Origin: Candidatus Spyradenecus sp. | GTDB taxonomy: Bacteria > Verrucomicrobiota > Kiritimatiellia > RFP12 > DVOR01 | Assembly (NCBI GenBank): GCA_045634445.1 | Contig: JAZRAG010000073.1 | Span: 1-48,896 of the forward strand | Length of the DNA: 48,896 nt | Direction of reading: 5' to 3' | Shown: piece by piece, positions 18,218 through 28,200 of the stretch | Position numbering within the stretch: position 1 is the first letter of the stretch | How the letters are laid out: the number at the start of each line of letters is the position of its first letter | Program-made: the position numbers and the translations under genes | Notes under the pieces: generated by a model | What the model saw: only the letters and a program-made list of their open reading frames with translations | Database searches by the model: none | Told to the model about the DNA's origin: nothing

Positions 18218-19654
18218 ATGAGCACTCCTGCGTTGACGCTTGATGCCCTTTACGAAGCCGCCTTTTTGACGGATGCCAACTTTCGGATTACGCATTGCAA
18301 TGCGCGAGCCGTGACAGTCCTTCGTGCCGCCTCTGCAGAAACGTTGATTGGGCGCAATCTCAATGACATCCCTTCGGATAACGCCCCTGGCGCAGACTTT
18401 CCTACTTATCTGCAAGAACGTCTTACGGCTGTACCATTCGTAATGATGGAACTACGCGTAACACGCGACGATGGTTCCGTCTTTTGGGCAGAAACCGTTG
18501 CCCATCGCCTTTCAAACGAGGCGCATTTGATCACTTTACGTGATGTAACAGCGCGCGTGGAGAGTTTGCAACGCGCAGAAGAAGCCAATGAACGCTTACG
18601 TGCGGCGATTCGTGACCGTATGGAGTTTGTTTCCAATGTTTCGCATGAATTACGCACGCCCTTAACGTCGATGTCCTATGCGCTCACCAATATGTTGCGC
18701 GGGATTTGCGGGACATTGCCAGAGAAGGCTGTAGGATATCTTGAGCGATTACATGTGGATGTTAAACGCTTAATGACGACGGTTAATGACTTGTTAGACT
18801 TGCGACAGATGGAAAACGGCACGTTGAAATTACATCGTACGCGTGTCCCCTTATTCCATTTGTTAAACGAAGTCGCACGCGCACTGATGATTCAGGCCGA
18901 AATGAAACATCAACGTTTAATCGTTGAGCCGTTAGCGTGCGAACATTACATTTATGCCGATCGTCATAAAATTGAACGTGTCTTCTTTAACATCATCTCA
19001 AATGCGATCAAGTATACCCCTGAAAACGGCTTTATTACTGCGCGCATTCGTACGGTTGATAATCACGTCTTCATTGAAGTAGACGATACAGGAATTGGGA
19101 TTCCGGCAGAAGCGCTCCCACGTATTTCCCAACGTTACTTCCGTGTGGGTGAACATGTCGCAGGAACAGGGCTCGGCCTTTCCATTGTCCGCGAAATTAC
19201 AGAATTGCACAATGGACACTTCCGTGTTGAATCCCCAGTCCCGAAGACTCCACTCGGCACGCGCATAACACTTGAATTCCCGCTGGAAACGCCCCCACGT
19301 GTCTTGGCTATCACCCACGATGCCGCCTTTAAAGAAGCGCTCACAACTGCGCTTACGCCCATTTGCCGTTTGGACGTGGTGGAGCTCCATAAAGACTTTA
19401 TCAATGAAACCGACGAGGCCCAGCGTCCTGTACGGTTTATCTTTGATGGTGCACTTTCAGAAATAGAACTCTGTGACGCCATTTGTCGGATTCGTCAAAT
19501 GCCCACCTTTGCACGTACCCCTATCCTATTGATGACCGCATCAATGGGCCCACACTTAAAACGTGAATGTGCGCGATGGAGAATTGATGTGCGTCCCAAA
19601 ACAATCTCAACCGTAGACTTACGCAACCTTATGACTACCCAGGAGGCGCTTTAA
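18218..19654 (+). CDS. Cytoplasmic PAS-domain sensor histidine kinase with atypical C-terminal receiver
   Basis: PAS-like N-terminus; H-box SHELRTPL; N-box NAIKYT; DTGIGI; GTGLGLSI; C-terminal RVLAITHD...FIFDG...PILLMTA. Confidence 0.9.
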   Translation: MSTPALTLDALYEAAFLTDANFRITHCNARAVTVLRAASAETLIGRNLNDIPSDNAPGADFPTYLQERLTAVPFVMMELRVTRDDGSVFWAETVAHRLSNEAHLITLRDVTARVESLQRAEEANERLRAAIRDRMEFVSNVSHELRTPLTSMSYALTNMLRGICGTLPEKAVGYLERLHVDVKRLMTTVNDLLDLRQMENGTLKLHRTRVPLFHLLNEVARALMIQAEMKHQRLIVEPLACEHYIYADRHKIERVFFNIISNAIKYTPENGFITARIRTVDNHVFIEVDDTGIGIPAEALPRISQRYFRVGEHVAGTGLGLSIVREITELHNGHFRVESPVPKTPLGTRITLEFPLETPPRVLAITHDAAFKEALTTALTPICRLDVVELHKDFINETDEAQRPVRFIFDGALSEIELCDAICRIRQMPTFARTPILLMTASMGPHLKRECARWRIDVRPKTISTVDLRNLMTTQEAL

Positions 19655-20709
19655 TGTTTGACCCACCCATACTCTCGGGTTTTAGGACAATAGAACATCT
19701 CTTAGAAACACCCACTTGTTCCCTTTGGCGTGCTATTCAAGAGACGCTTGATCGACCAGTTATTCTGATTGAAATTGCGCCCGAAATTTGCGTAAACACG
19801 GTTTATTTGCAGACTATTCTGAAGTCTTTGCGCACACTCACGCAATCCAGAAGCCAACTTTTTCCCGATGTGATTGACGTTCTCACTAAGAATCGTCGCG
19901 ATTACATCATCCTCGAGGATGCGAATATCCACTCCCTCTTCTCGCTCCTCAAGGGAAGACGGTTGAATGCCGAACAACTCTTAACCCTTGCAGACCAAAT
20001 CGCCGAAGGTTTTGCCCAACTTCAATCGCAAAACGTCGTCTATAACGTCTTTTCGCCGCAGCGCCTCTTCTTGACCGAAGACTATGCGCCCATTTTGCCA
20101 GACGTGACACCCGCAATTTTCGGCAACACCTTTACGCTTGATCACCCTGCATTAGCGCTTGATTCTATGGATGTCATTTGGCGTGCGCCAGAACAGTGTT
20201 CTTACAACACCTATCTCATTGATGCCCGCGCAGACATCTTTGCTGTGGGCATGACGCTTTACGCATTTGCCACTGGCCAAGCGCCGTTCGGCAGTTTAAC
20301 CCCTGAAGCGATTCTTGAGGCCAAGCTCACCACAAACATCCCCTCCCCGTGTGACATTAGCCCCAATTTCCCACCCGCGTTGGCTGCGATTCTCTCCAAA
20401 ATGACGCAGCGTGACCTTGATTTGCGTTATTCGGATTGGGACGAAATTCGCTTTGACCTCTATCACGCACGTCAAGGCGTAGTGCCACCGATTCATTCGC
20501 CTGAAACATCAGTGATTGCGCCTCCGAATCCTAGTGCTAAAAAGTTCGCAGGGACAACCATTCGCCTCTCAGTGAAAGATCTTAAGGCCTATCGTAGCCG
20601 TCATGAAGCAAAGAAACGTCCCATTCCGTGGTTAACGCTTCTCATTGGTTCGCTCATTGCGCTCATTCTTATCACTCTCGGTCTCTTTATTTGGGTAACC
20701 TACTTATGA
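19654..20709 (+). CDS. Hanks-type Ser/Thr kinase-fold protein, probable pseudokinase, with C-terminal TM
   Basis: C-lobe motifs WRAPE, DARADIFAVG, TGQAPF retained; Gly-rich loop, VAIK Lys, HRD and DFG are degenerate. Confidence 0.8.
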   Translation: MFDPPILSGFRTIEHLLETPTCSLWRAIQETLDRPVILIEIAPEICVNTVYLQTILKSLRTLTQSRSQLFPDVIDVLTKNRRDYIILEDANIHSLFSLLKGRRLNAEQLLTLADQIAEGFAQLQSQNVVYNVFSPQRLFLTEDYAPILPDVTPAIFGNTFTLDHPALALDSMDVIWRAPEQCSYNTYLIDARADIFAVGMTLYAFATGQAPFGSLTPEAILEAKLTTNIPSPCDISPNFPPALAAILSKMTQRDLDLRYSDWDEIRFDLYHARQGVVPPIHSPETSVIAPPNPSAKKFAGTTIRLSVKDLKAYRSRHEAKKRPIPWLTLLIGSLIALILITLGLFIWVTYL

Positions 20710-23096
20710 ACATCGCCGAACGAGCCAAGGAACTCCGTGAAACAATCTTGTATCACGACCGTCTCTACTATGTAGAGGCACGCCCCACCATCTCGGATGT
20801 TGAGTATGACCGCCTTTGGACGGAGCTTGAGCAACTCGAACGCGATCATCCCGAGTTGATTACGCCTGATTCACCCACGCAACGTGTCAGCGGCGAACCC
20901 ATCTCTGGCTTTGAGAAAGTACGTCATGACCCGCCCATGCGAAGCTTGGACAAGACTTACGAAAAGAGCGAACTCTTACAATTTGATGCCTTTTTGCGTG
21001 ATAAGCTGCCCGATGCTGTTTGGGATTATACTGTAGAGCCCAAAGTTGATGGTCTTTCACTCTCTCTTCTCTATCGCGATGGCGTGCTCGTGCGCGCTGC
21101 TACACGTGGTAATGGTGAAGTGGGTGATGACATCACCGCGAATGTCAAAACGATTCGTTCAATCCCCTTGCGCATTGCCACCGATGCCCCCTTGGTTGAA
21201 GTACGTGGCGAAATCTATATGACGCGTGAAGGATTCGCAGAACTCAATCGCCGCGAAGAGGAAGCTGGACGTGAACCCTTTGCCAATCCGCGAAATGCGG
21301 CCGCAGGCTCCATCAAACTGCTTGATCCTCGCGAAGTAGCCGAACGTCCATTAGATGCTGTGCTCTATGGCGTTGGCGCACTTACAGGCGTTACCTTTAA
21401 CACACATACTGCGATGTTGCGCACGCTCGCGGAATGGGGCTTTAGGACGCCACCGTGGCAACGCCTCTGCATGGATATCAACCAAGTCCTTTTAGCAATT
21501 GAAGAACTCGGTTCGCGCCGTCACACTTTCCCCTTTGAAATTGATGGCGCAGTGATTAAGGTCAATCAACGCTCCCTTTATGCAAGTCTCGGGAGTACTG
21601 CGCACGCGCCACGCTTTGCTCGCGCGTACAAGTATGCCCCAGAGGTCGCAGAGACGCGTTTGAATGACATCACCATCCAAGTGGGACGCACGGGCGTACT
21701 GACCCCAGTTGCAGAATTAGAATCCGTTCATTTAGCTGGTTCTGTTATCTCGCGCGCCACGTTACACAATGCAGACATGATCCAAACGAAGGACTTTCGT
21801 ATTGGTGACCGCGTCTTAATCTCCAAACATGGCGATGTTATTCCTGCCGTAGATGCTGTGGTAATTGAAAAGCGTCCACCTGAAGCTGTCCCCTATCAAT
21901 TCCCCACTCATTGCCCTGTTTGTGGCGAAAAGGCCGAAAAATTAGAAAAAGAAGTCGCCACGCGATGCGTGAATCCCGACTGCCCAGCCCAACGCGTTGG
22001 ACGTCTTGAGCTCTTTGTTTCACGAAATGCCTTAGATATTTCTGCCATCGGCGGACGCATGGCAGAAGCGCTTGTGCAGGCAGGTCTCGTCAAACGTCCG
22101 CTAGACCTCTTTACCTTGCCGCCTGAAACCTTAGCCTCATTCAAACTCATTGCAGATGATGGTTCAGAGCGTCGTTTCGGTAAAAAGGCTGAAGATGTAG
22201 CCGAAGCTCTTAACCAAGCAGCGGCATTACCCCTTCATCGTTGGATTACCGCACTCGGCATTCCTGGAATTGGTGAAACCGCGGCACGTACACTCGCTAC
22301 GCACTTCTCTTCGCTTTCCGCAATGAAGGACACCACGCTCATCCAGAAGGTCCTTGCCTTCTATGACGCTACGAAGCGTTCACTTGAAAGTACAGATGAT
22401 CGTGACCTCTTTGCCGGCGAAATCATTGATCGCGCCAACGAACTTGCTGCTTATGGACTCATTCAGCGCGATGACCCCGAAAGTCCCATTCGTAAGCGCT
22501 TCCTGCTCACGATTAAGCCCGATATGGCGAAAGAACTCCTTCAGTTCGTTCAATCTCCCTACGCAAAGGATCTCTTTGAACGCCTTGAAACGCTTGGCAT
22601 TGACCCCAAGCCTGAGTTACCGCAAACCTCCACGACGACGCTCGCAGGGCTATCGTTTGTCATTACAGGATCCCTTTCGCAACCGCGTGAAGTCTTTGAA
22701 AAGCTCATCCGTGAAAATGGTGGTACTGTCCAAACAAGCGTAAGTAAGAAAACCTCCTACCTGCTCATTGGCGACAATCCTGGCGGTAGTAAGTACAACA
22801 AGGCCCAGGCGCTTGAAATCCCGATGCTCTCGGAAGCAGACTTTATGTCTAAGATTGGGCCTCATGATAACCAGACGTTAGAAGCGGTTCCTACGACTCA
22901 ACCCCCAGCAGAGCCGCTCATACTTGAGCCACCCTTCTCTTTGGAGGCGTTGCCCGTGACGAACTCTCCTTCGTTAGCCTCAAAAGCAACGCTCTTTGAT
23001 CTGCCGCCTGAAACCATTCCTGCTACGAAAAAGAAGGCAAAGACCAAGAAGCATTCGACGTCTACCGCTGAATACATCCAAGAGGATCTCTTTTGA
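20706..23096 (+). CDS. ligA: NAD-dependent DNA ligase with extended C-terminal tail
   Basis: EPKVDG, TRGNG, NPRNAAAGS, QVGRTG, C4 zinc finger, BRCT domain; ATG 20706 overlaps the upstream TGA. Confidence 0.97.
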   Translation: MNIAERAKELRETILYHDRLYYVEARPTISDVEYDRLWTELEQLERDHPELITPDSPTQRVSGEPISGFEKVRHDPPMRSLDKTYEKSELLQFDAFLRDKLPDAVWDYTVEPKVDGLSLSLLYRDGVLVRAATRGNGEVGDDITANVKTIRSIPLRIATDAPLVEVRGEIYMTREGFAELNRREEEAGREPFANPRNAAAGSIKLLDPREVAERPLDAVLYGVGALTGVTFNTHTAMLRTLAEWGFRTPPWQRLCMDINQVLLAIEELGSRRHTFPFEIDGAVIKVNQRSLYASLGSTAHAPRFARAYKYAPEVAETRLNDITIQVGRTGVLTPVAELESVHLAGSVISRATLHNADMIQTKDFRIGDRVLISKHGDVIPAVDAVVIEKRPPEAVPYQFPTHCPVCGEKAEKLEKEVATRCVNPDCPAQRVGRLELFVSRNALDISAIGGRMAEALVQAGLVKRPLDLFTLPPETLASFKLIADDGSERRFGKKAEDVAEALNQAAALPLHRWITALGIPGIGETAARTLATHFSSLSAMKDTTLIQKVLAFYDATKRSLESTDDRDLFAGEIIDRANELAAYGLIQRDDPESPIRKRFLLTIKPDMAKELLQFVQSPYAKDLFERLETLGIDPKPELPQTSTTTLAGLSFVITGSLSQPREVFEKLIRENGGTVQTSVSKKTSYLLIGDNPGGSKYNKAQALEIPMLSEADFMSKIGPHDNQTLEAVPTTQPPAEPLILEPPFSLEALPVTNSPSLASKATLFDLPPETIPATKKKAKTKKHSTSTAEYIQEDLF

Positions 23097-23199
23097 TTAA
23101 ATAGGAACTGAATTGATTTGAAAAGAAATGCCACAATAGCGTCACTTTGATTCAATTCAGTCTCCCCGCCCTTTACAACCCGCTTGCACAGTAACGTCT

Positions 23200-23370
23200 A
23201 TGAAAAAAGCACTCATCGCCTTTGGTTGTCTTGAAACAATTCTGATCCTCGCATTTGTACTCTTCGTGTGTACAAATCGATACGCTTGGCTCTATCCGCT
23301 TTTACTCACCCTCATCGGCGCCTCCACTGTTGCGGGAATCGCCCTCCTCATTTTCGGCAAGAAACGCTAA
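23200..23370 (+). CDS. Small two-TM membrane protein (56 aa, absent from the ORF track)
   Basis: MKKALIAFGCLETILILAFVLFVCTNRYAWLYPLLLTLIGASTVAGIALLIFGKKR*: two hydrophobic helices with basic termini. Confidence 0.6.
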   Translation: MKKALIAFGCLETILILAFVLFVCTNRYAWLYPLLLTLIGASTVAGIALLIFGKKR

Positions 23371-23513
23371 TTCTCCGCGTTTTGCTTTCGAATCAGATAC
23401 TGCACTCTCTTTTAGGGAGTACAGATTATTTGAGCCGTCACCCCTCTATTTTAAGTCTCTCTACCTTCTTTAGGAACGATTAGTTTTCTACCAAACTTAA
23501 TAGCGTTTCCTAA

Positions 23514-23573
23514 AACCCATCAATGTTATTCAGAATCCATTGATATTATTCAGAACCCATCCGCATTATTTGG
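23514..23573 (+). repeat. 3 x 20-bp tandem repeat
   Basis: AACCCATCAATGTTATTCAG / AATCCATTGATATTATTCAG / AACCCATCCGCATTATTTGG. Confidence 0.7.
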
Positions 23574-23593
23574 GGAAGATTTGCTTTATTTAC

Positions 23594-23626
23594 AAAAAAA
23601 AGACCCACCATAAGGCGGGTCTTTTT
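23594..23626 (-). terminator. Terminator after rpsG (bidirectional-type)
   Basis: A8-GACCCACC-ATAA-GGCGGGTC-T5. Confidence 0.85.
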
Positions 23627-23652
23627 ATTACAAGCAGCGGAGCTGCCAAGGC

Positions 23653-24120
23653 TTAGAATGCGTAGTGAGCGAAAGCCTTGTTAGCCTGAGCCATCTTGTG
23701 GGTATCGTCGCGCTTCTTGAGAACGTTACCGGTGTTGTTGTAAGCATCGATAATTTCAAGAGCAACGGCGCGAGGCATCGGAACGCCACGACGAGCGGAA
23801 GCGTACTGAGCCATCCAACGGAGAGCGAGTGCGAGCTGACGGCCAGGGCGGATTTCCACCGGCACAGGGTAAGTAGCACCACCCACGCGGCGGGACTTAA
23901 CTTCCACTTTCGGCTTCATGTTGTTGATAGCAGCATCCATCACTTCGAGAGGATCCTTGCCCGTTTCGCGAGCGAGTTCGTCGATTGCACCGTAAACGAT
24001 ACGTTCTGCGGTGGTCTTCTTACCGGACTTCATGAGGGTGCGGACAACCTTAGCGACCAATTCGCTGTTGAAGCGAGGGTCGGTCATGTGCACGCGCTTA
24101 ATAGCTTGACGACGACGCAT
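23653..24120 (-). CDS. rpsG: 30S ribosomal protein S7
   Basis: GKKTTAERIVY, EVKSRRVGGATYPVP, THKMAQANKAFAHY. Confidence 0.98.
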   Translation of the reverse strand: MRRRQAIKRVHMTDPRFNSELVAKVVRTLMKSGKKTTAERIVYGAIDELARETGKDPLEVMDAAINNMKPKVEVKSRRVGGATYPVPVEIRPGRQLALALRWMAQYASARRGVPMPRAVALEIIDAYNNTGNVLKKRDDTHKMAQANKAFAHYAF

Positions 24121-24134
24121 GTTTCATTCCCTCC

Positions 24135-24530
24135 TTATTTCTTCTTACCAGTGTTAGCAGCAGCGTCCTTCTTGACGCCGTACTTGGAGCGGGAACGGCC
24201 ACGGCCATTGACGCCGAGGGAGTCAAGGCAGCCACGGATGATGTGGTAACGCACACCAGGCAAGTCCTTCACACGACCGCCGCGGATCAACACGACAGAG
24301 TGTTCCTGGAGGTTGTGGCCTTCACCAGGGATGTAAGCGGTCACTTCGTAACCGGAGGTGAGGCGAACACGAGCGACCTTACGCAATGCCGAGTTCGGCT
24401 TCTTAGGGGTCTGAGTCTTAACCACGGTGCAAACACCGCGACGCTGGGGGCATGCAACGAGCGCGGGAGACTTGCTCTTCTTGCGCTGCGGGGTGCGGCC
24501 CTTGCGCACCAGCTGATTGATAGTAGGCAT
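24135..24530 (-). CDS. rpsL: 30S ribosomal protein S12
   Basis: [11 protein letters not shown] start at 24530; [11 protein letters not shown]; [13 protein letters not shown]. Confidence 0.98.
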   Translation of the reverse strand: MPTINQLVRKGRTPQRKKSKSPALVACPQRRGVCTVVKTQTPKKPNSALRKVARVRLTSGYEVTAYIPGEGHNLQEHSVVLIRGGRVKDLPGVRYHIIRGCLDSLGVNGRGRSRSKYGVKKDAAANTGKKK

Positions 24531-24707
24531 GTACTTAATCCTTCTAAAGGATACGTTAAGTTCTATGTCCGCACTTGCGGACGCGGCTCTCTCAGCCAGA
24601 AGGTCGGGACGGGGCTCTCGTCCTCTAAGCATCGGAGATTAGCTACAAACTCCGGTTTCTGCACTGAAATGTCCCTATAAAATAGCAAATCTCTCTTTTC
24701 TTTGCAA
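24531..24707 (-). promoter_or_regulatory. rpsL promoter and structured 5' leader
   Basis: TTGCAA (24707-24702)-17bp-TATTTT with TG; ~140-nt leader with hairpins GTCCGC/GCGGAC and GGACG/CGTCC. Confidence 0.55.
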
Positions 24708-24749
24708 GCGGTTTCTCTGCTATTTGTGTACTTTTTTACACTTTTCTTT

Positions 24750-25225
24750 AGGATGACGGGGGGTGGGTGGCCACGCCACAGGACTGCGTAGTGGATTTGC
24801 ACCTGCGGTGCTGCGACTCGTGGCGAGTGTTTTCAACACTAAGGACACTAGGATGCGTTGATCTTTTCGTAACACTAGGCTTCGCCCACGAAAAGCCAAC
24901 GCATCTCGTGACGTGTCTGTCGCCCCTTTTGGGCTGGGCGGGCAGGATAGATGAGACAGGCAACGGCCTGTCGCTCAGATAAATGAACCAACCGACGGGG
25001 ACGCTGCGCTCCCCGTACCCCTAACTGGCGCAAAGCTCACGCTGTCGGAGCACGGTAACGTGCCCGTGCGACGCAGCGGGGCAACGGTGAGGGCCCGCAG
25101 TAGGACGCAGTCCGTAGCGAGGAGCACCGAATCCGTCGGCCATCTCCGTAAGGAGTGGCAGAGAGCGGTAGCGAACGTCAAGACCAGTGCGACTCGTGGA
25201 GAATAGCGAAGGCGCTCAAGGGGGT
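24750..25225. other. GC-rich multi-hairpin intergenic island (REP cluster or structured RNA candidate)
   Basis: Nested stems GATGCGTTG/CAACGCATC and CTTTTCGT/ACGAAAAG, plus GACAGGC/GCCTGTC, CCGACGG/CCGTCGG and CTCC-GTAA-GGAG; no credible ORF. Confidence 0.5.
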
Positions 25226-25229
25226 AAAT

Positions 25230-25258
25230 AAAAAAAGACCCGCGGGGCGGGTCTTTTT
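25230..25258 (-). terminator. Terminator after carB (bidirectional-type)
   Basis: A7-GACCCGC-GGG-GCGGGTC-T5. Confidence 0.85.
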
Positions 25259-25277
25259 CATAGCAGCGGGGCTGCGA

Positions 25278-28200
25278 TTATTCGTAGCGAATGGAGGCGT
25301 GGTATTCCTGAATGGATTCCACTTCGCCCTTACCGATTTCACGAACGGCCTTGACGCCCTTGACAGCCATGGAGGCGGCAGCGAGGGTAGTCATGTAAGG
25401 AATCTGATACTTGAGCGCGGCCTTACGGATGGAGGAGCCATCTGCGTGTGCGTCACGGCGCGGGCTGGGAGTGTTAATCACCAACTGCACCTGATTGTTC
25501 AAAATCAAGTCCAAGACGTTCGGGCGACCCTTGCCAATCTTTGCCACGGAGGTACTGGGGATACCGAAAGGATCCAAGAAGCGCTTCGTGCCAGGGGTGG
25601 CGTAGAGTTTGAAGCCGAGATCGGTGTAAGCCTTAAGCACTTGAGCAGCTTCTTCGTTCTTCACGGAGAGCGAAGCGAGCACTGCGCCAGCGTGCGGGAG
25701 GGCTGCGTTAGCGGCTTCCTGACTCTTGCAGAAGGCAAGTGCAGAGTCGCGTGCGAGGCCGAGCACTTCGCCCGTGGAGCGCATTTCAGGTCCGAGCACG
25801 GGGTCCACTTCCGGGAACTTATCGAAGGGGCAAACTGCTTCCTTCGCGCCGTAGTAAGGAATTTCACCATGCTTGAGACCGATGGAGTCCATAGGTTCGC
25901 CAAGCATCAAACGGGTGGCTGCGGAGGCCATCTGGATGGCGCAGACCTTGGAGACTAAGGGAACGGTACGGGAAGCGCGGGGATTGGCTTCGAGCACGTA
26001 GACCTTATCCTTTTCAATGGCGTACTGCATATTCATCAAACCGCAGACCTTAAGTGCTGTCGCAATCTTCTGCGTGTACTGACGAATGGTTTCGAGGCAG
26101 GATTCAGGAATGTTGGCCGAGGGGAGGATGCAAGCGGAGTCACCAGAGTGAACGCCAGCGAGTTCGACGTGTTCCATCACGGCAGGAATGAAGACGTCCT
26201 TACCGTTACTGACGGCATCAGCTTCGCATTCCAAAGCGTGCTGCAAGAAGCGGTCCAAGAGGAGCGGACGATCTTCGGTGACGCCCACAGCCTTAGCCAC
26301 GTATTCGCGCAACATGTTTTCATCGTAGATAACTTCCATGCCGCGACCGCCCAAGACGAAGCTGGGGCGAATCATCAAAGGATAGCCAATTTGGTTAGCG
26401 ACGGTGATAGCTTCATCAATATTGATGGCCATGCCGCTTTCAGGCATCGGGATTTCAAGCTGATCCATCATCTGACGGAAGAGATCGCGGTCTTCTGCGA
26501 TATCGATCGAGTCAATCGAGGTACCGAGGATGTTACAACCTGCGTCAGAGAGTTCGCGTGCGATGTTAAGCGGGGTCTGACCACCGAACTGCACGATAAT
26601 GCCGTAGGGCTTTTCCTTACGATAGATCTGAAGCACGTCTTCCACAGTAACAGGTTCGAAGTAGAGACGATCAGACGTATCGTAGTCGGTAGACACGGTT
26701 TCAGGGTTGCAGTTCACCATCACGGTTTCGTAACCCATTTCGCGCAAGGTGAACGCAGCGTGACAGCAGCAGTAGTCGAATTCAATACCCTGGCCAATGC
26801 GGTTCGGACCACCACCGAGAATCATGACCTTCTTGGGGTTTTCCTTGATGACGAGTTCGTCAGGAGCATTATAGGTAGAGTAGTAATATTCCTTACCTTC
26901 CACGCCAGAGACGGGTACTGCGTGCCAACCTTCCACCACGCCGATAGCTTCACGACGTTCGCGGATGGTCTTTTCAGGAATACCGAGCAACTTTGCCAAG
27001 TAACGGTCAGAGAAACCGTCCTTCTTAGCCTGCGTCAAGAGTTCGTCAGAGGGGAGATTGCCCTTACAAGCGATAATCTGCTCTTCGAGCTGCACCAATT
27101 CGCGCATCTGCTGCACGAACCATGCCTTCACAGCGCATGCTTCAAAAATCTGGTCATCCGTAGCACCCTTACGGAGGGCTTCGTACATGATGAAGTGCGT
27201 TTCGCTGCTGGGCGTGCGGAGCTTATCCAAGAGTTCCTTGAGCGAGTAGTTTTCCCAACCAACCCAACCGAGGCCGTGGCGGCTCTTTTCAAGACCACGA
27301 ATTGCCTTCTGGAGAGCTTCCTTGTAGTTTTTACCGATGGACATCACTTCGCCGACAGCCTTCATCTGGGTGCCGAGCTTATCTTCCACTGCGCGGAACT
27401 TTTCAAATGCCCAACGTGCGAACTTCAACACCACATAGTCACCCGAGGGAGTGTACTTTTCAAGGGTTCCATCGCGCCAGTAAGGAAGTTCGTCCATCGT
27501 CATGCCTGCTGCGAGCTTAGCGGAGACAAGTGCGATGGGGAAACCAGTCGCCTTAGATGCGAGTGCAGAAGAACGGGACGTACGGGGATTGATTTCAATG
27601 ATGACCACGCGGCCAGTGCGAGGATCGTGCGCGAACTGGACGTTGGTGCCGCCAATCACACCGATAGCTTCCACAATCTTGAAGGCCATCTGCTTGAGAC
27701 GTTCTACGGTTTCAGGGGCGATGGTGAGCATCGGAGCAGCGCAGAAAGAGTCACCCGTGTGCACGCCAACAGGGTCAATGTTTTCAATCGTGCAGACGCA
27801 AATCATCTGGTTCTTAGCATCGCGCACCACTTCGATTTCAAGTTCTTCCCACCCCTTAATGGATTCTTCCACCAAGATTTGGTGCGTCATCGAGAGGTCC
27901 AAGCCCTTACGTGCGATCGTGTGGAGTTCTTCAATGTTGTAGACGAAGCCACCGCCTGCACCACCCATCGTGTAAGCCGGGCGAATCACCATCGGGAAGC
28001 CGATTTCTTCAGCGATCTTTTCAGCTTCTTCCATGTTGTTGGCGATGCCAGAACGCGGGGTGTCGATGCCGAGTTGTTCCATCGTGTGCTTGAAGATATC
28101 GCGGTCTTCACCACGTTCAATTGCTTCAAGGTTCACACCGATGACCATCACACCGTACTTATCCAAAATGCCAGCCTTAGCCAAAGCAGAGGACATATTC

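Noticed and set aside
24135-24530. Streptomycin-resistance alleles in rpsL
   Set aside because: PKKPNS and RVKDLP lysines are wild type.
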